Positions 1-10,680 of a stretch of DNA of 64,000 bases are shown here, in pieces. The translations under genes and the position numbers were made by a program. Source of the DNA: an uncultured Gemmatimonadales bacterium. GTDB lineage: Bacteria; Gemmatimonadota; Gemmatimonadetes; Gemmatimonadales; Gemmatimonadaceae. Location: NCBI GenBank assembly GCA_963701965.1, contig OY969695.1, forward strand, positions 1,664,001-1,728,000. Reading direction: 5' to 3'. Below the pieces are notes generated by a model. That model searched no databases. It was not told where the DNA came from and saw nothing but the letters and a program-made list of their open reading frames with translations. Position 1 is the stretch's first letter, and each line of letters begins with the position of its first letter.

Positions 1-879
1 TGGAGCACTTTGGTGCTGGGGGGCGCTGCTCCTTCCGGTCGCCAGCAACATTGCCGTACCGACCAGGATCGCCACCCCGGTCAAGTTCTCGGACGTGCGA
101 CCTGGTGGATCGTTCATCGTGCGGGATAGGCATCGACCGGCAGGTGTACTGCTGGGGCACGGCTAAATACGGCGAGTTGGGCAACCCGACGGTCGTGACG
201 GGCGACTCCGTGAGCGCCGTGGAGTCGGCCACCGTCCCGACCAAGGTGGCGGCTCTAGCCGGACACAGCATTGTTGCGCTCGTGGTCCTGTCGGGCGCTC
301 CCGACCAAAACTGCAGCGCAGTGAGCGGCGTGCCGTGCCAGATTATCGACGAGAATGGTGGCTCGGTCTGCGCGGCCGAGGACAATGGGACCACGTGGTG
401 CTGGGGAGCTCGATCACTTCGGAAACGCCGGTCCGCTCACGACCACGCCGCATAGTGATGCGAACATCAACGTCAACTATCTGCCGGTGACACTGACCGG
501 CGCCAAGCCATACACCGCGTTTGCTCACGCGTCAAACGCTGCGAGCCTGTGTGGATGGAACGCGAGCGGCTCAGCCGAGTGCTGGGGCGACAACAGCTTT
601 GGCGAGCTGGGATCCGCAGGTTTTGGCGGTCCAGTCCCCGCGCCGATCAGCGGCATGCTGACGTTCACGGCGATCGGCATGGGGAGCGAGCACGCGTGCG
701 GCCTCACGAGCGGCAAGGACGTGTATTGCTGGGGCGAGGACGGCTACGGCCAGTTCGGCAACGGCACCGTCAACGCCGGCACCGCCACCCAGTTGGGAGT
801 CTACCAACCCACTCCGGTGCTGGGCCTCCCTGGCACATCACACCCACCGACCCAGGTCACGGCGGCGTCCCACCGGTAG
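1..879 (+). CDS. RCC1-repeat (ATS1-like) beta-propeller protein, 5' partial, frameshift near 410
   Basis: Repeated CWG..xYGELG motifs (VYCWGTAKYGELG, ECWGDNSFGELG, HACGLTSGKDVYCWGEDGYGQFG) across ORFs 51..455 and 355..879. Confidence 0.8.
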
Positions 880-944
880 CGGACACACTCGCGCTCCCGT
901 GCTTTGCGCCAGACCGCCCCAGTTTGATTCCACGGACCGCGCCA

Positions 945-1118
945 TGCCTGTTTGAGTCGGCGAGGGGGGATGACCGGCAGACAAGAGGCTCCCGGGCGTA
1001 CACCGGGGTGAAGCCACCAGGGTGTGTAGAGCTTCGCGAAGGGCGAAGGTACTGGCTGCAGCGGCCACTGAGTTCGAACCGTTTGGCGGCGGCATGGGAG
1101 GTAATGCACCATGGCTAA
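945..1118 (+). pseudogene. Possible DUF4160-like remnant upstream of DUF2442 gene
   Basis: Frame ends ...LAAAWEVMHHG* overlapping the next start, as in DUF4160/DUF2442 pairs; N-terminus not recognisable. Confidence 0.3.
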
Positions 1119-1566
1119 GAGCGCCCACAAGATTGTCACGACGGACGCCGAGATCGACGCGGCAATCGCCAAGGCGGAACTCTATCCGCCCCACGCGGTC
1201 ATTGCAGCGACGTACGACCAGGCAGAGGACGCCATCGCCATTCGCTTCGCCGATGGCGTCGAGCTCCGTATTCCTCGACGTCTCGTGCAAGGACTCCAGC
1301 GCGCGACGCCCAATCAGCTCAAAGACATTGCGATCGAAGGACCGGGCACGGGGCTCGTCTGGCCTGCGCTAGGGGTAGCGCACTACGTCCCCGGTCTCGT
1401 CGCCGGTACCTTCGGCACGCGTCAATGGATGGCGGAGATCGGACGTCGGGGAGGTGCGCGGCGGACCCACGCCAAAGCCATCGCCGCTCGCGCAAACGGC
1501 GCGAAAGGCGGCCGACCACGAAAGCGGGCGACAAGCGCGAGTACTCGAGGCAAGCGATCGGTGTAG
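1111..1566 (+). CDS. DUF2442 domain protein (antitoxin-like)
   Basis: IRFADGVELRIP..GLQRAT..QL..I.IEGPGTGLVWPAL..HYVPGL..G.FGTRQWM..GR.GG...KA.AARANGAKGGRPRK; GGAGG RBS upstream. Confidence 0.85.
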   Translation: MAKSAHKIVTTDAEIDAAIAKAELYPPHAVIAATYDQAEDAIAIRFADGVELRIPRRLVQGLQRATPNQLKDIAIEGPGTGLVWPALGVAHYVPGLVAGTFGTRQWMAEIGRRGGARRTHAKAIAARANGAKGGRPRKRATSASTRGKRSV

Positions 1567-1741
1567 TTATCAGTGCTCGTCTCCGACTGCGGGACGCTAG
1601 CGAGACACGGAGACGCTGCTGACGTGCTAGACGCAGCCGGATAACGAAACGCTCCTCGTTGAAGGCGCGAAGGGCGTTCTCTTCAGCAACCGTAACTGGT
1701 CAAGCGTACCAGCGAGTGACCGCGTCATGGAAAAAAGCGAC

Positions 1742-1804
<63 letters not shown>

Positions 1805-1899
1805 AGACCTCGGTCGTCTGACACCAGGCAACGGGTCATCCGTGACACGGCGCAATGTGCTCTAACGGGAATAGATGAGAGACGCGGCGGAGCAAGACG

Positions 1900-2682
1900 T
1901 CAGAGTAGCTTCGACATAACTACGACGTCCTGGCCAACAGTATACGGTGCGCGATACGGTGCGCGGAGAAGACCTTCGGCGACAAGGCCTGATTGTCTTA
2001 GCAGGAGCACAACTCTCGAATCGGTGAGGGGATGTAGGAAGTAGATCTTGCGTTGCTTGAGTGCAGTTGCGCGTTGCATCGCCTCCCGCACGAGTTCAGC
2101 CAGGCTCTCTTCGTGGTCGGTTGCGCGCAGGAGGATTCCTTTCACGGATCCCCCACGTTTCGGTACGAGAATGACTGCCGCGACACACCCGGTGCCGGCG
2201 CGGAGACACACGAGCCGCTTCGGTTTATCAGCATAAGTGACAGTTGCCTTACTGCGTGCCGCCGATACAATGCGGCGAGCATAATCAAGCGACACGTCGT
2301 GCCAAGTCGCGGCGAACATCGTGCGAACAGCGCTTGCTAGCGATCGACGGTCAAAGCTCCTTGGCTCCGCTATAGTGCCCGGTACGATCGAGACAGGAAT
2401 GGGCTGTCGATACTCGTAGTCGTCGGCGACTAGAAACTTGCCGAACACGAGTTCGTCATGGCCGGTAGAGTCATGGGCGGTAGAGTAGTGGCGGGCTAGG
2501 TGTCCTTCGATACGCATTCCAGCGGCAAGCAAGTACTGTACGGTGCCAACGGCGGTGTCTGGAGCTGTACAGTACACTTTGCGCGCGCCCAGACTCCGAG
2601 CTCGCGTTTCGATTGCCCGGCGCGTAGCCAGGGCGTAACCGCGACGTCGAGCGCCGGATTTCATCATCGAACGTCTCGCCAA
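1900..2682 (-). CDS. Tandem GNAT-fold acetyltransferase-like protein, probably N-terminally truncated
   Basis: Two RK(V/I)Y...G...EG.L..(H/P)Y...D..V..K.L GNAT C-terminal motifs. Confidence 0.6.
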   Translation of the reverse strand: MARRSMMKSGARRRGYALATRRAIETRARSLGARKVYCTAPDTAVGTVQYLLAAGMRIEGHLARHYSTAHDSTGHDELVFGKFLVADDYEYRQPIPVSIVPGTIAEPRSFDRRSLASAVRTMFAATWHDVSLDYARRIVSAARSKATVTYADKPKRLVCLRAGTGCVAAVILVPKRGGSVKGILLRATDHEESLAELVREAMQRATALKQRKIYFLHPLTDSRVVLLLRQSGLVAEGLLRAPYRAPYTVGQDVVVMSKLL

Positions 2683-3069
2683 GGCACGCGCCTATTCGTC
2701 CGAGCAGTGGCGGCCCTCTCGGCGGCGCTGTCGTTCGCGGCCGTCGATCCCTCCGGGCATCACGGGTGGCGCGATGGCGCTGGCGGCCTCGCCTGGTGAA
2801 CGGCGGCTGCGGTGTGAGGGTGGCGTCGGTGGCAGCGTCGCGCGGGTCCCACAGCGGAACGCGGCCTATTCAGTCCGACGTTCCGGATCTTAGATAAGCT
2901 GCTTTCTGCGATGGGTCCTTCGTGGACGACGTTCGGGCAGGTAGTGGACCGAACGATCGAGAAGATGCCGGCGAGCAAGCCTGAAGACTCGAAGCGACGT
3001 CGGGCGTGAACGCGGCCGACCTTTACTGCCGGCGCCGAACGGTAGAACCAGCGCAGCAGCCGGTCGCTC

Positions 3070-3212
3070 ATAATCAGTGGGCGTTGAACGGCGTGGTCGC
3101 GAGCATCGCCCATCTCGCCTATCACCTGGGCGCGATGCGTCAGATCGACGGCGCGGCGCGCGGGCCAACGGCGGAAGACGAAGCGCGTGCCGGGCCGCGC
3201 GTCGAGCCGTAG
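3070..3212 (+). pseudogene. DinB-family C-terminal fragment
   Basis: SIAHLAYHLGAMRQI motif without an upstream domain. Confidence 0.5.
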
Positions 3213-4354
3213 GGGAAGTACGCCTTGAGCCGAAGCATCGGCTGCTCCAAGCAATACCAACTCGCAAGCGCGACCGCGAAGCTCGCCGCGACGCCGAGCG
3301 CGCTGAACGCCAACTGCGCCGGCAGGTGGGAGCCGAGGACGGCCGGCGCCGCGTCGGGCGCGAGGCCGCGGGCGTGGAGGAGACCTATGATCGGGAAGTG
3401 CACGACGTAGAGGCCGTAGCTGTAGCGGCCGAGGGTCCCGAGCGCCCGGCTCGAGAGCACGCGCTGCGTCCGGGTGCCGGCGTCCGCCGTCATGGCGGCG
3501 ACGACGAGCGCGGCGCAGATGGCGGCGATCGCGCTGTAGCCAAAGATCTCGAACTCCGGATAGTCGCGGTTGACGCTCGATCGCGCGACGAAACTGACCG
3601 TGATGAACAGCGTGCCGACCACTCCGGCGGCCGTCACCAGGCGATGCCAGCGCCGGAGACCGCCGTCGCTGCGCGCCGCGATCGCCAATAGCGCGCCGAC
3701 CGCGAGCGTATCGATGCGCGTGGGGGTCAGCACCCATGCGGCCATCGGGCTCGCGTGGGCGAGCCAAAGGCCGGCGCGCAACAGCGGACAGATCACGAGC
3801 AAGGCGACACAGATCCGTGTCAGCGTCCGTCGGTTGGCGAGGAGCACGACCGTCGGCCATAGCAGATAGAACTGCTCCTCGACGGCCAGCGACCAGAAAT
3901 GGGACGATCGCATCGGCGCCGCATCGAACCCATGCCACGCGATGAGATAGTTGGTGGTATAGGTCCAGTACCAGCCCTGGACGTGCCGGATGTTCGTGGC
4001 CGCTTGGGGAAATCGCGCCATGACGAGCGGGAGGAACGACGCACTGACGACCAGCGCCACGCAGATATAGTAGAGCGGGAAAATGCGCAGCGTGCGGCGG
4101 GCGTAGAAATTCCGGAAATAGCCGGGGTGGCCCTTACTGTCGAGCAGGATCCCGGTAATCAGGAAACCCGACAGCACGAAGAAGAGATCGACGCCCGCCC
4201 ATCCCCAACTCGTGATCTCGGCGACCACCTGATCGACGCGGGCGATCGGTGCGCTCCAATAGGCGGTGTGGAGCATCAGTACGGCCGCAATGGCTACGCC
4301 CCGGACCCCATCGAGGGTCGCAACGCGCGCGGATTCGTTCAGCGCTGGCCGCAC
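3140..4354 (-). CDS. Acyltransferase 3 family (OafA/OatA-like) membrane O-acyltransferase
   Basis: LDGVRGVAI, GVDLFFVLSGFLIT, FYARRTLRIFPLY, HFWSLAVEEQFYLLWP, GRYSYGLY motifs. Confidence 0.92.
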   Translation of the reverse strand: MRPALNESARVATLDGVRGVAIAAVLMLHTAYWSAPIARVDQVVAEITSWGWAGVDLFFVLSGFLITGILLDSKGHPGYFRNFYARRTLRIFPLYYICVALVVSASFLPLVMARFPQAATNIRHVQGWYWTYTTNYLIAWHGFDAAPMRSSHFWSLAVEEQFYLLWPTVVLLANRRTLTRICVALLVICPLLRAGLWLAHASPMAAWVLTPTRIDTLAVGALLAIAARSDGGLRRWHRLVTAAGVVGTLFITVSFVARSSVNRDYPEFEIFGYSAIAAICAALVVAAMTADAGTRTQRVLSSRALGTLGRYSYGLYVVHFPIIGLLHARGLAPDAAPAVLGSHLPAQLAFSALGVAASFAVALASWYCLEQPMLRLKAYFPYGSTRGPARASSSAVGPRAAPSI

Positions 4355-4479
4355 ATGTATACGGTACCAAGCGGGACAACAGGGCACCAGGCCGGATCCG
4401 GCGTGCGTTATTGCTTCGCCAAGTCCCCCAACATTGGTCGACGTCAACCGGGGGACGCGGAATTTCCGCGAGGACGGTT

Positions 4480-5148
4480 CCCTTGCCTTATCGACCGGCG
4501 ATTGCACATCGAGTCGTGCGGAATGAAACGGCGGACACCTTGTTGACGGTCGCTCCCGCCGTGCACCCGCTTTTGCCATTCTTGCTCGTGTTGGTCGGCT
4601 CGACCGGCCGGCGGCTGGGCAGCGTTCTAGGCCTACGCTGGACTGACGTCGACCTTGAGCGGCGTACGATCGTTTGGCGTGCGGCGCTCGACAAAGGACG
4701 GAAGACCTGGCAGTCACCGCTTCCAGAACTGGCGGCGACCGCGCTGCGCGAACGGGCGCGGGCGGTGGGATGGTACAGTAACGCGTACATCTTCCCTGCT
4801 CCGAAGAAGCCCGCCGTGTCGGCGACCCGACATCTCGCGGCGGTTTGGCTCCGGCGAGCGTACCGGATCGCCAAGATCGAAAGAGAACTGGGCGGGCTAT
4901 GGCACCCGTTTCGGCGGAAGTGGGCGACGGAGCGAAAGCACTATCCGGTGACGGACGTCGCGGCCGCAGGCGGTTGGCGCGACATCAACACGCTGCTCAC
5001 CTGCTATCAGCATCCCGACAGTGACACGATGCGCGCCGTCGTGGAGCTGAGCCCACTCGGGAGAAACGTACACACGAACGTACACACCTCAGCGATAAAC
5101 GAACTGGCGCCGCACGAGGAAGCTCGCACGGCGCCAGTAGTTAGTTAG
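4480..5148 (+). pseudogene. Tyrosine integrase, catalytic C-terminal part only (left element)
   Basis: TGRRLGSV..LRWTDVD, LWHPFRRKWATERKH, AGGW, CYQH motifs; stop abuts the tRNA-Pro att copy; no intact N-terminus. Confidence 0.85.
5102..5140. terminator. GC-rich hairpin next to the att copy
   Basis: actggcgccg...cggcgccagt inverted repeat; same position relative to att as the terminator at 22882. Confidence 0.5.
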
Positions 5149-5193
5149 GTCGGGGCGACTGGATTTGAACCAGCGACCTCCTGCTCCCGAAGC
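5149..5193 (-). repeat. att site: 45-bp duplicate of the 3' part of tRNA-Pro
   Basis: gtcggggcgactggatttgaaccagcgacctcctgctcccgaagc is identical to 22932..22976. Confidence 0.97.
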
Positions 5194-5376
5194 TGGCTCG
5201 GAAGGTCACGAGTTTTGACAATTTGACGGACGCTAGAGGGAAACCGGGCATCGGTGCCGGGTTTTCGCGTTGTTCTCGAAGCAGTCTGCCGCATGAAACG
5301 GGTCACGGAACGGGTCAGCACGATTTTGGGCGATAGCAGTTAACACACAATGCTGACGGGAGTCATCTCGATCGTC

Positions 5377-5421
5377 GTTGCAGTTCTACAAGTTGTAGAG
5401 CTACAAGTTGTGACTCTACAA
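5377..5421. repeat. Three tandem 15-bp units, each a TTGTAG-NN-CTACAA-like dyad
   Basis: gttgcagttctacaa / gttgtagagctacaa / gttgtgactctacaa. Confidence 0.85.
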
Positions 5422-5879
5422 CTACCAAGCGCTCAGATCGACTCCCCTGACGCCAATACTCGGCGCTCGCCTGCCATCGCACGCTGGCGTCGAAGGTGGT
5501 CGATCGGCGTGACTTGTCCTACCGCCGTCGCTGTCAGGTTGGATAAGAAACAACAGCGAGTGTGTGATGGGCTCGAGGCGTCAGTGTCGCCAACCCCCGA
5601 GCGAAGCACCTCGATGTCCTTCGCGCTGCGGCCACGAAGCGGTGTGTTCCGCACAATGGCATACCGACGTACTCGATCGGGCTCATCGCATTAGTGCCAG
5701 TGCCGCGAAGCGTGAGTGGGCTCGTAGTGTCAAGGGCCATTTTTCTGACACAATAGGGCAGAATCATGACATCGAGCACTCACCGCTCCCACGATGCGCC
5801 CGGATACTCTGGCGACTTCCTCAAAGACAACCAACATTGCTGGGAAGTTGGCAACATGGAAAAACACTGGAGAACGTGA

Positions 5880-6512
5880 TTGGCGAACAGCGACAAGCCG
5901 AAAACAGCTGCGATTGCGGCAGGCGCGGGCGTCGGTTCGTTCGTCGGGTTGCTCGTCGGCCTTTCGTCGGCTCCCGTGGTGGCTGCCATTGTTGGCGCAC
6001 TGGCTGCCGGACTACTCGCTCTGTTGGGCCTGCGTGAATCAACGACGAAACGACCGGCGACCTGTCGCGCCCTCAAGTGCTTCGCGTCGCGGGGTTCGGT
6101 GTCGCTGCGTCCTTCACGCTGATCGTTGGACTGGCGCTCCGCGCGCGCGACGTACTATCACCGTCGCCCAAACAGCAGGTCGCAGAGTGGCACAATGCAG
6201 GTTACACCGACAGCGTTGCTCGCGTGTTGGTCGCCTATCGCGACTTCGGTATCCTGCCGACGAATGTGACAGTCAGCGAGAAGGTACTTCCATCCCCGCG
6301 CACCAGGGACGGTCCTGTTCGCTGAAGCGCTCGATCAGTGCGGCTCACTGGACCTGCATCGGATTCCGGATGATGGGGAGCTACTCAAAGCGTACCTCAT
6401 CGCACACGGATCGTGGAAGCCCATCGGCCAGGCCGTGGCCGCGGTCCCGCAACCTCAGCGACGCCAACTACTCCTCTCCGTTTGGCAACTCATCTGCGCG
6501 CCGGTCTCGTGA
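5880..6512 (+). CDS. Hypothetical membrane protein (two frameshifts)
   Basis: Hydrophobic GxxxG helices in 5880..6122 and 6077..6325; a third frame continues GTVLFAEALDQC...WQLICAPVS* to 6512. Confidence 0.55.
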
Positions 6513-6514
6513 TC

Positions 6515-7891
6515 GTGAGCAAATCGTTGGGGACATGTGCCGGCTTTCTCTACCCCTGCGTACTGAGTCTCTCGGCCGTTACGTCCCTGGCCCAGGGACC
6601 TTCGAACGCGACACTCGACCATGCGAGACACGCGGTCGTGCGAGTCGAAGTTGACGGCTGCGCCGCCGCTTCCCACTACGGAACAGGATTCTACGAGCAA
6701 TCGACCCACAATGTGGTACCGCGTATCATGTGATTGCGGGCTGCAAGGACATTGTCGTCGTGTCCGCTATGACCGGTGCACATCGCGTGGCGAGCGTGAC
6801 GCATGTGCTGCGGAAAGCTGACCTCGCGCTCCTGGCCGTCGACAATGTACCCGCGAGTACCACAGAGCTGGCTATCGGTACACCAACATATAACGCACAA
6901 GACCAGTTGATGGCGCTGGGCTATCCGTTACAGGCACCAGAGGTTGGAAGTGCCAAGCTCACGTACCGATTTGGCGCTCACACGTTACGGGGTATCCTCT
7001 CGACAACGCTGCAGAACCAAGTGCGGTCGGCAGGTGTGCCCGACTTGGATCTGCCGCTCGTCAGCCTCGATGGACACCTCCTGCCAGGCTTGTCGGGGGC
7101 ACCGATTCTGGATGCGCGTGGCGATGTCGTCGCGATCGGCGATGGTGGTGTCGACGAAGGTGCCGCCAGCATAAGCTTCGCGATCCCATCAGATCACATA
7201 CAGGCGCTTGCGGCCTCATCCGAAGCACTGAACGCGCCAGAGACGACGAGACTCACCGTTCTGTTCGCGGCTGACTTCGATTCCAAGGTCGGAACGAGCA
7301 CCCAATGCGGGCAAACGTCGTTCATACGCGTGCGCCAACGCTCGCTCGCCGATATGGCGCAGACAACAGACGATCCGTTTGGGCTCCAACAGCTACTGAC
7401 TGTCTTTCACATCGCCCCTCAGCAAGATATCCGGTTCGACGTATACCAAGACACGGCGTCGACCGCCACGTTCGTCTTGCCCGCAGGCGCCCAACTGCGC
7501 TACGCAAACGGATTCTGCAGCGCGCAATTGACTCCGGATATTGAGATACGACCTGCTCACGCAGACCGGCGGGCAATGGTTCATCGATCCCACGGTTACG
7601 TACCATGCAGCCGTTCAGCGACCGGATGGTTTGATTGCGATGAGAAAGGCCTGGTATCAGGTCAGTCCAATCACCGGCATATCGCCCCCTGAACGGTACG
7701 TCTTCGAAGTAGTCGCCCAGAAGCGCAATACGCTCCTCGGCTCATCCCTCACAAACGTGAACAACAGAGCGTTCGGTCAGTGTCGGCTTCAACCAATCGC
7801 TCCGGGCTGCGCGCAGCTCCTTCAACAAGACCAAAGCGCTTGGGAGAACGGAGTGCTCGCCATTCACCTGACGACATTTCCATCCAACTAG
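6515..7891 (+). CDS. Secreted trypsin-like serine protease (frameshifts near 6717 and 7545)
   Basis: GTGF, TAYHV (His), ADLALL (Asp), GLSGAP (Ser) triad; signal-peptide-like N-terminus. Confidence 0.8.
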
Positions 7892-8032
7892 CCGACCATT
7901 CCATTTCGTTCACAGCGCCATTTGCGGCGCGCATTCTACGGGACGAAGAGGATCGCGGGAGGTCGTGTCGGGCGGTTGCTGGCGCACGGCAATGACGACA
8001 TACCCGACTGATACTCGTTCGACAGGTAAACA

Positions 8033-8735
8033 ATGGAACCGCCCGACGAGCCATTGGACCGCGAGAGATTCCCTATACTCCGCGTCCTACCCGAGGCCGT
8101 CCTACGCGTACTGCGAAGACATTACTACGCGGGCGTGAAGGAAGCCGAAACAGGATTCCAGTTTCACGTGGCGGATGAAGATGCGGTGACCGGCGCTCTG
8201 GGAGAGCGCTTGATCGAGCCGCCAACGTGGATAACGGTGGATGGTCAGGAGTACATGTGGCGCACGTCCTACCATAAGCTGCGCGGCCGCGGCGCCAATG
8301 CCCCGGAGAAGCGCCTTGGCGCCAATGGTATCTTCCAGCTGGAAGTGCTGGGTCTGACCGGACGATTCAATGTGCGCAAGGGATTGCTCTTCCAGTCAAA
8401 AATCGGCTGGCAGGGCAGCGACTCGCAGTTGCTGGGGCAGGCCCGTACTCTGCTGGAGCTGTCGAGATCCGCAATCGTTATCGACTACGCCCCGGATGGG
8501 TACAAGGCGGTGGCGGCGACTGATGTTGTTGCAGCCAATGGAAACAGTAGACGAGTACGTCCCAGAGCAGCCCGGCAACTGGCAGAAGTGCTGGGGGATG
8601 GGCTCGTGAGCTGCACGAGGCGAAAATGGCCTCTATTGGGACGCGGAGCAGGAGCGGCTTGTTGTCGGCGGCGAGCGTGTCTCCGAGCTCGTGCCCGCAA
8701 GCGTCACAAACACGAGAATTGAGCGGATCCGGTAA
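8033..8735 (+). CDS. PD-(D/E)xK restriction-endonuclease-like protein (frameshift near 8620)
   Basis: DED.VTG...EKRLGANG.F.....RKGLLFQSK pattern resembles E..D..(Q/E)xK nucleases. Confidence 0.5.
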
Positions 8736-8973
8736 GCACTTGGAGGCGGGAACAAGGATCCCAGGCCTTCTTAAGGATCGAGTGGCCAACGACGCGCGAA
8801 CGACGCCCCCTCTCATAGTCGACGCGAACAAGTACTCCCATGCCCGGACGACGGATCAGCATGTTCGCTTTAGGTTTCGGTACAGCAGGCGTTCATCGCC
8901 GCTAGCTGTTGCCGTCTTGCCGTGAGTATTGTCGCCAGCGACTTCCAACAACGTCAGTATGCGTGGCGAACGA

Positions 8974-10179
8974 ATGTCTTCGAATAGCGAGCTGTTGGAC
9001 TTAGCAGATTCGGCCTTCTGTGACAGGCTAAGGTTTGCGGTCCAACGATCTAGATCGTCGGGCGCCAACACGCTCACCGCGGTCTGTCGATCAGCGCGCG
9101 GTGCGTTTCCTACTTTGGTTGTTGAGACGCTTCGCGAGTTGGAGCCGCGCGCACCGGCGCTTCTTCAGCGCACGTGGGCCGACGACGAACCCGGGCATGT
9201 CGACTCAGCGCCACCCGCAATGCCGGAGCCTCACCCAATCGACTACGAGTGGCGGTATACGAGGTCGACCGCTGACGCGGTTGCTGCGTACGCGCAAGCT
9301 CTTCCAGGAGACATCGCTTGCGTCGGTACCCCGACAGTGTTCTGGCGTTTGCTACACTCTGGGATCAATGCGACGCTTTTTGACCGCAACGCAGACGTTT
9401 TGCAGTCGGTCGGATCTGCGCCGAAACACAACATCGTGCAGTGCGATCTGCTGGCATCATCGTGGGCGCCTCCCACAGTTGGCGCCTTCGGCGTGGTGAT
9501 TCTCGATCCACCATGGTACAGCGATCACACCCGCCTTTGGATCGCAAGAGCATTGCATTTGGTTCGACCGGGCGGGCGCCTGCTGGTCACATTGTTCCCC
9601 GAGCTCGTACGTCCGTCCGCGCACACCGAACGGCTTGAGCTGTTGGAATTGATGGAGTCCATCGGGAGAGTTAGTACACTGCCGTTTCCGGCCCTGTACG
9701 CGACCCCACGTTTCGAGAAGGAAACTCTAGACGCGCTAGGTTTTGCCGGTCTCGGGCAGTGGCGTTCTGGCGATCTGCTGGAAGTCGCCATCAATGCCAA
9801 CCCGCCAGCTATTGGTGCCGGCACGCCCTCAGAATCCACCTGGGATCGCGTTCAGCTCGGTACCCAGGTCGTCGCGGTTCGACGAGACGTGCCGAAATTG
9901 GGGCCGAGCGATTCAAAAGCTCAGCCGCTCAAAGTATCGCCGGTAATGCGAGATGGGTCCTACCTCTTGAAATCCGTCAGCGCAAGGGACGCGACGCGGT
10001 GTGACATCTACCTTTGGACCTCGCGCAATCGTGCGTTACGCGCCGACAATGGCGCGCCGACTCTGCTGCCATTCCTCCAGTGCTTGGAACGTGGCGAATC
10101 ACCTCGGACAGCTATCGACGCCGCGCCCCACGGCGACCGCAGAGCCCTCGAAATCGTCGTCGCCGTGATCGGCTGGTAG
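8974..10179 (+). CDS. SAM-dependent amino-methyltransferase-like protein (DPPW motif)
   Basis: IACVGTPTVF motif I-like, LFDRN, VILDPPWY motif IV, LVRPGGRLLV. Confidence 0.7.
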   Translation: MSSNSELLDLADSAFCDRLRFAVQRSRSSGANTLTAVCRSARGAFPTLVVETLRELEPRAPALLQRTWADDEPGHVDSAPPAMPEPHPIDYEWRYTRSTADAVAAYAQALPGDIACVGTPTVFWRLLHSGINATLFDRNADVLQSVGSAPKHNIVQCDLLASSWAPPTVGAFGVVILDPPWYSDHTRLWIARALHLVRPGGRLLVTLFPELVRPSAHTERLELLELMESIGRVSTLPFPALYATPRFEKETLDALGFAGLGQWRSGDLLEVAINANPPAIGAGTPSESTWDRVQLGTQVVAVRRDVPKLGPSDSKAQPLKVSPVMRDGSYLLKSVSARDATRCDIYLWTSRNRALRADNGAPTLLPFLQCLERGESPRTAIDAAPHGDRRALEIVVAVIGW

Positions 10180-10207
10180 CGCAATTGACACCGAGCTCAT
10201 CCTGTAT

Positions 10208-10243
10208 TTGACATTGGTCCGACACAACGATATTGTTGTGTCG
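10208..10243 (+). promoter_or_regulatory. sigma70-type promoter overlapped by a 24-bp palindromic operator
   Basis: TTGACA-17bp-TATTGT; CGACACAAC-gatatt-GTTGTGTCG (10220..10243) covers the -10 box and ends at the GTG start. Confidence 0.8.
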
Positions 10244-10680
10244 TGATTCCGCCTTTTGGCGTGAGCGGGAATCTTCCGCCCGGTATTCATGTTGCGACGT
10301 GGGACGAGGTGACAACTCGGCTGGGTGCTACTTCCCAGCGCCGACGGCTTGTCGCCGGTCTGCGACTGGGATTAGCCCAACTTCGACTCGCTGGCTGCGC
10401 GCGGGCTTACATAGACGGAAGTTTTGCGTCGAGTGAACCGACTCCGGGCGATTTCGACGTCTGCTACGAAACGCGCGGTATGGATCCGCAGTTTCTCGAT
10501 CCCGTGTTCTTCGACCAACGATCCAACCGCGCCGCGCAGAAGGCCAAGTACGGCGGCGAATTCTTCCCGAGTTTATTCCCGGCTGCGGTGGGGTACACGT
10601 TTCTTCAATTCTTCCAGGTGGATAAGCGCACCGGCGACGCCAAAGGCATCGTGGCCATAGATCCGAGGGACGTGCCATGA
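10243..10680 (+). CDS. DUF6932 family, nucleotidyltransferase-like
   Basis: G.LPPGIH.ATW.E, YIDGSF.S....PGDFDV (GS..DxD), FFQ.DK.TG..KGIV.IDP. Confidence 0.85.
   Translation: MIPPFGVSGNLPPGIHVATWDEVTTRLGATSQRRRLVAGLRLGLAQLRLAGCARAYIDGSFASSEPTPGDFDVCYETRGMDPQFLDPVFFDQRSNRAAQKAKYGGEFFPSLFPAAVGYTFLQFFQVDKRTGDAKGIVAIDPRDVP

Noticed and set aside
5149..5193. Second tRNA-Pro gene
   Set aside because: Only the 3' 45 nt are present; the D-arm and 5' acceptor strand are missing, so it is an att copy
5377..5421. CRISPR array
   Set aside because: The 15-bp units abut with no spacers, and there are no cas genes or repeat-spacer arrays anywhere in the window
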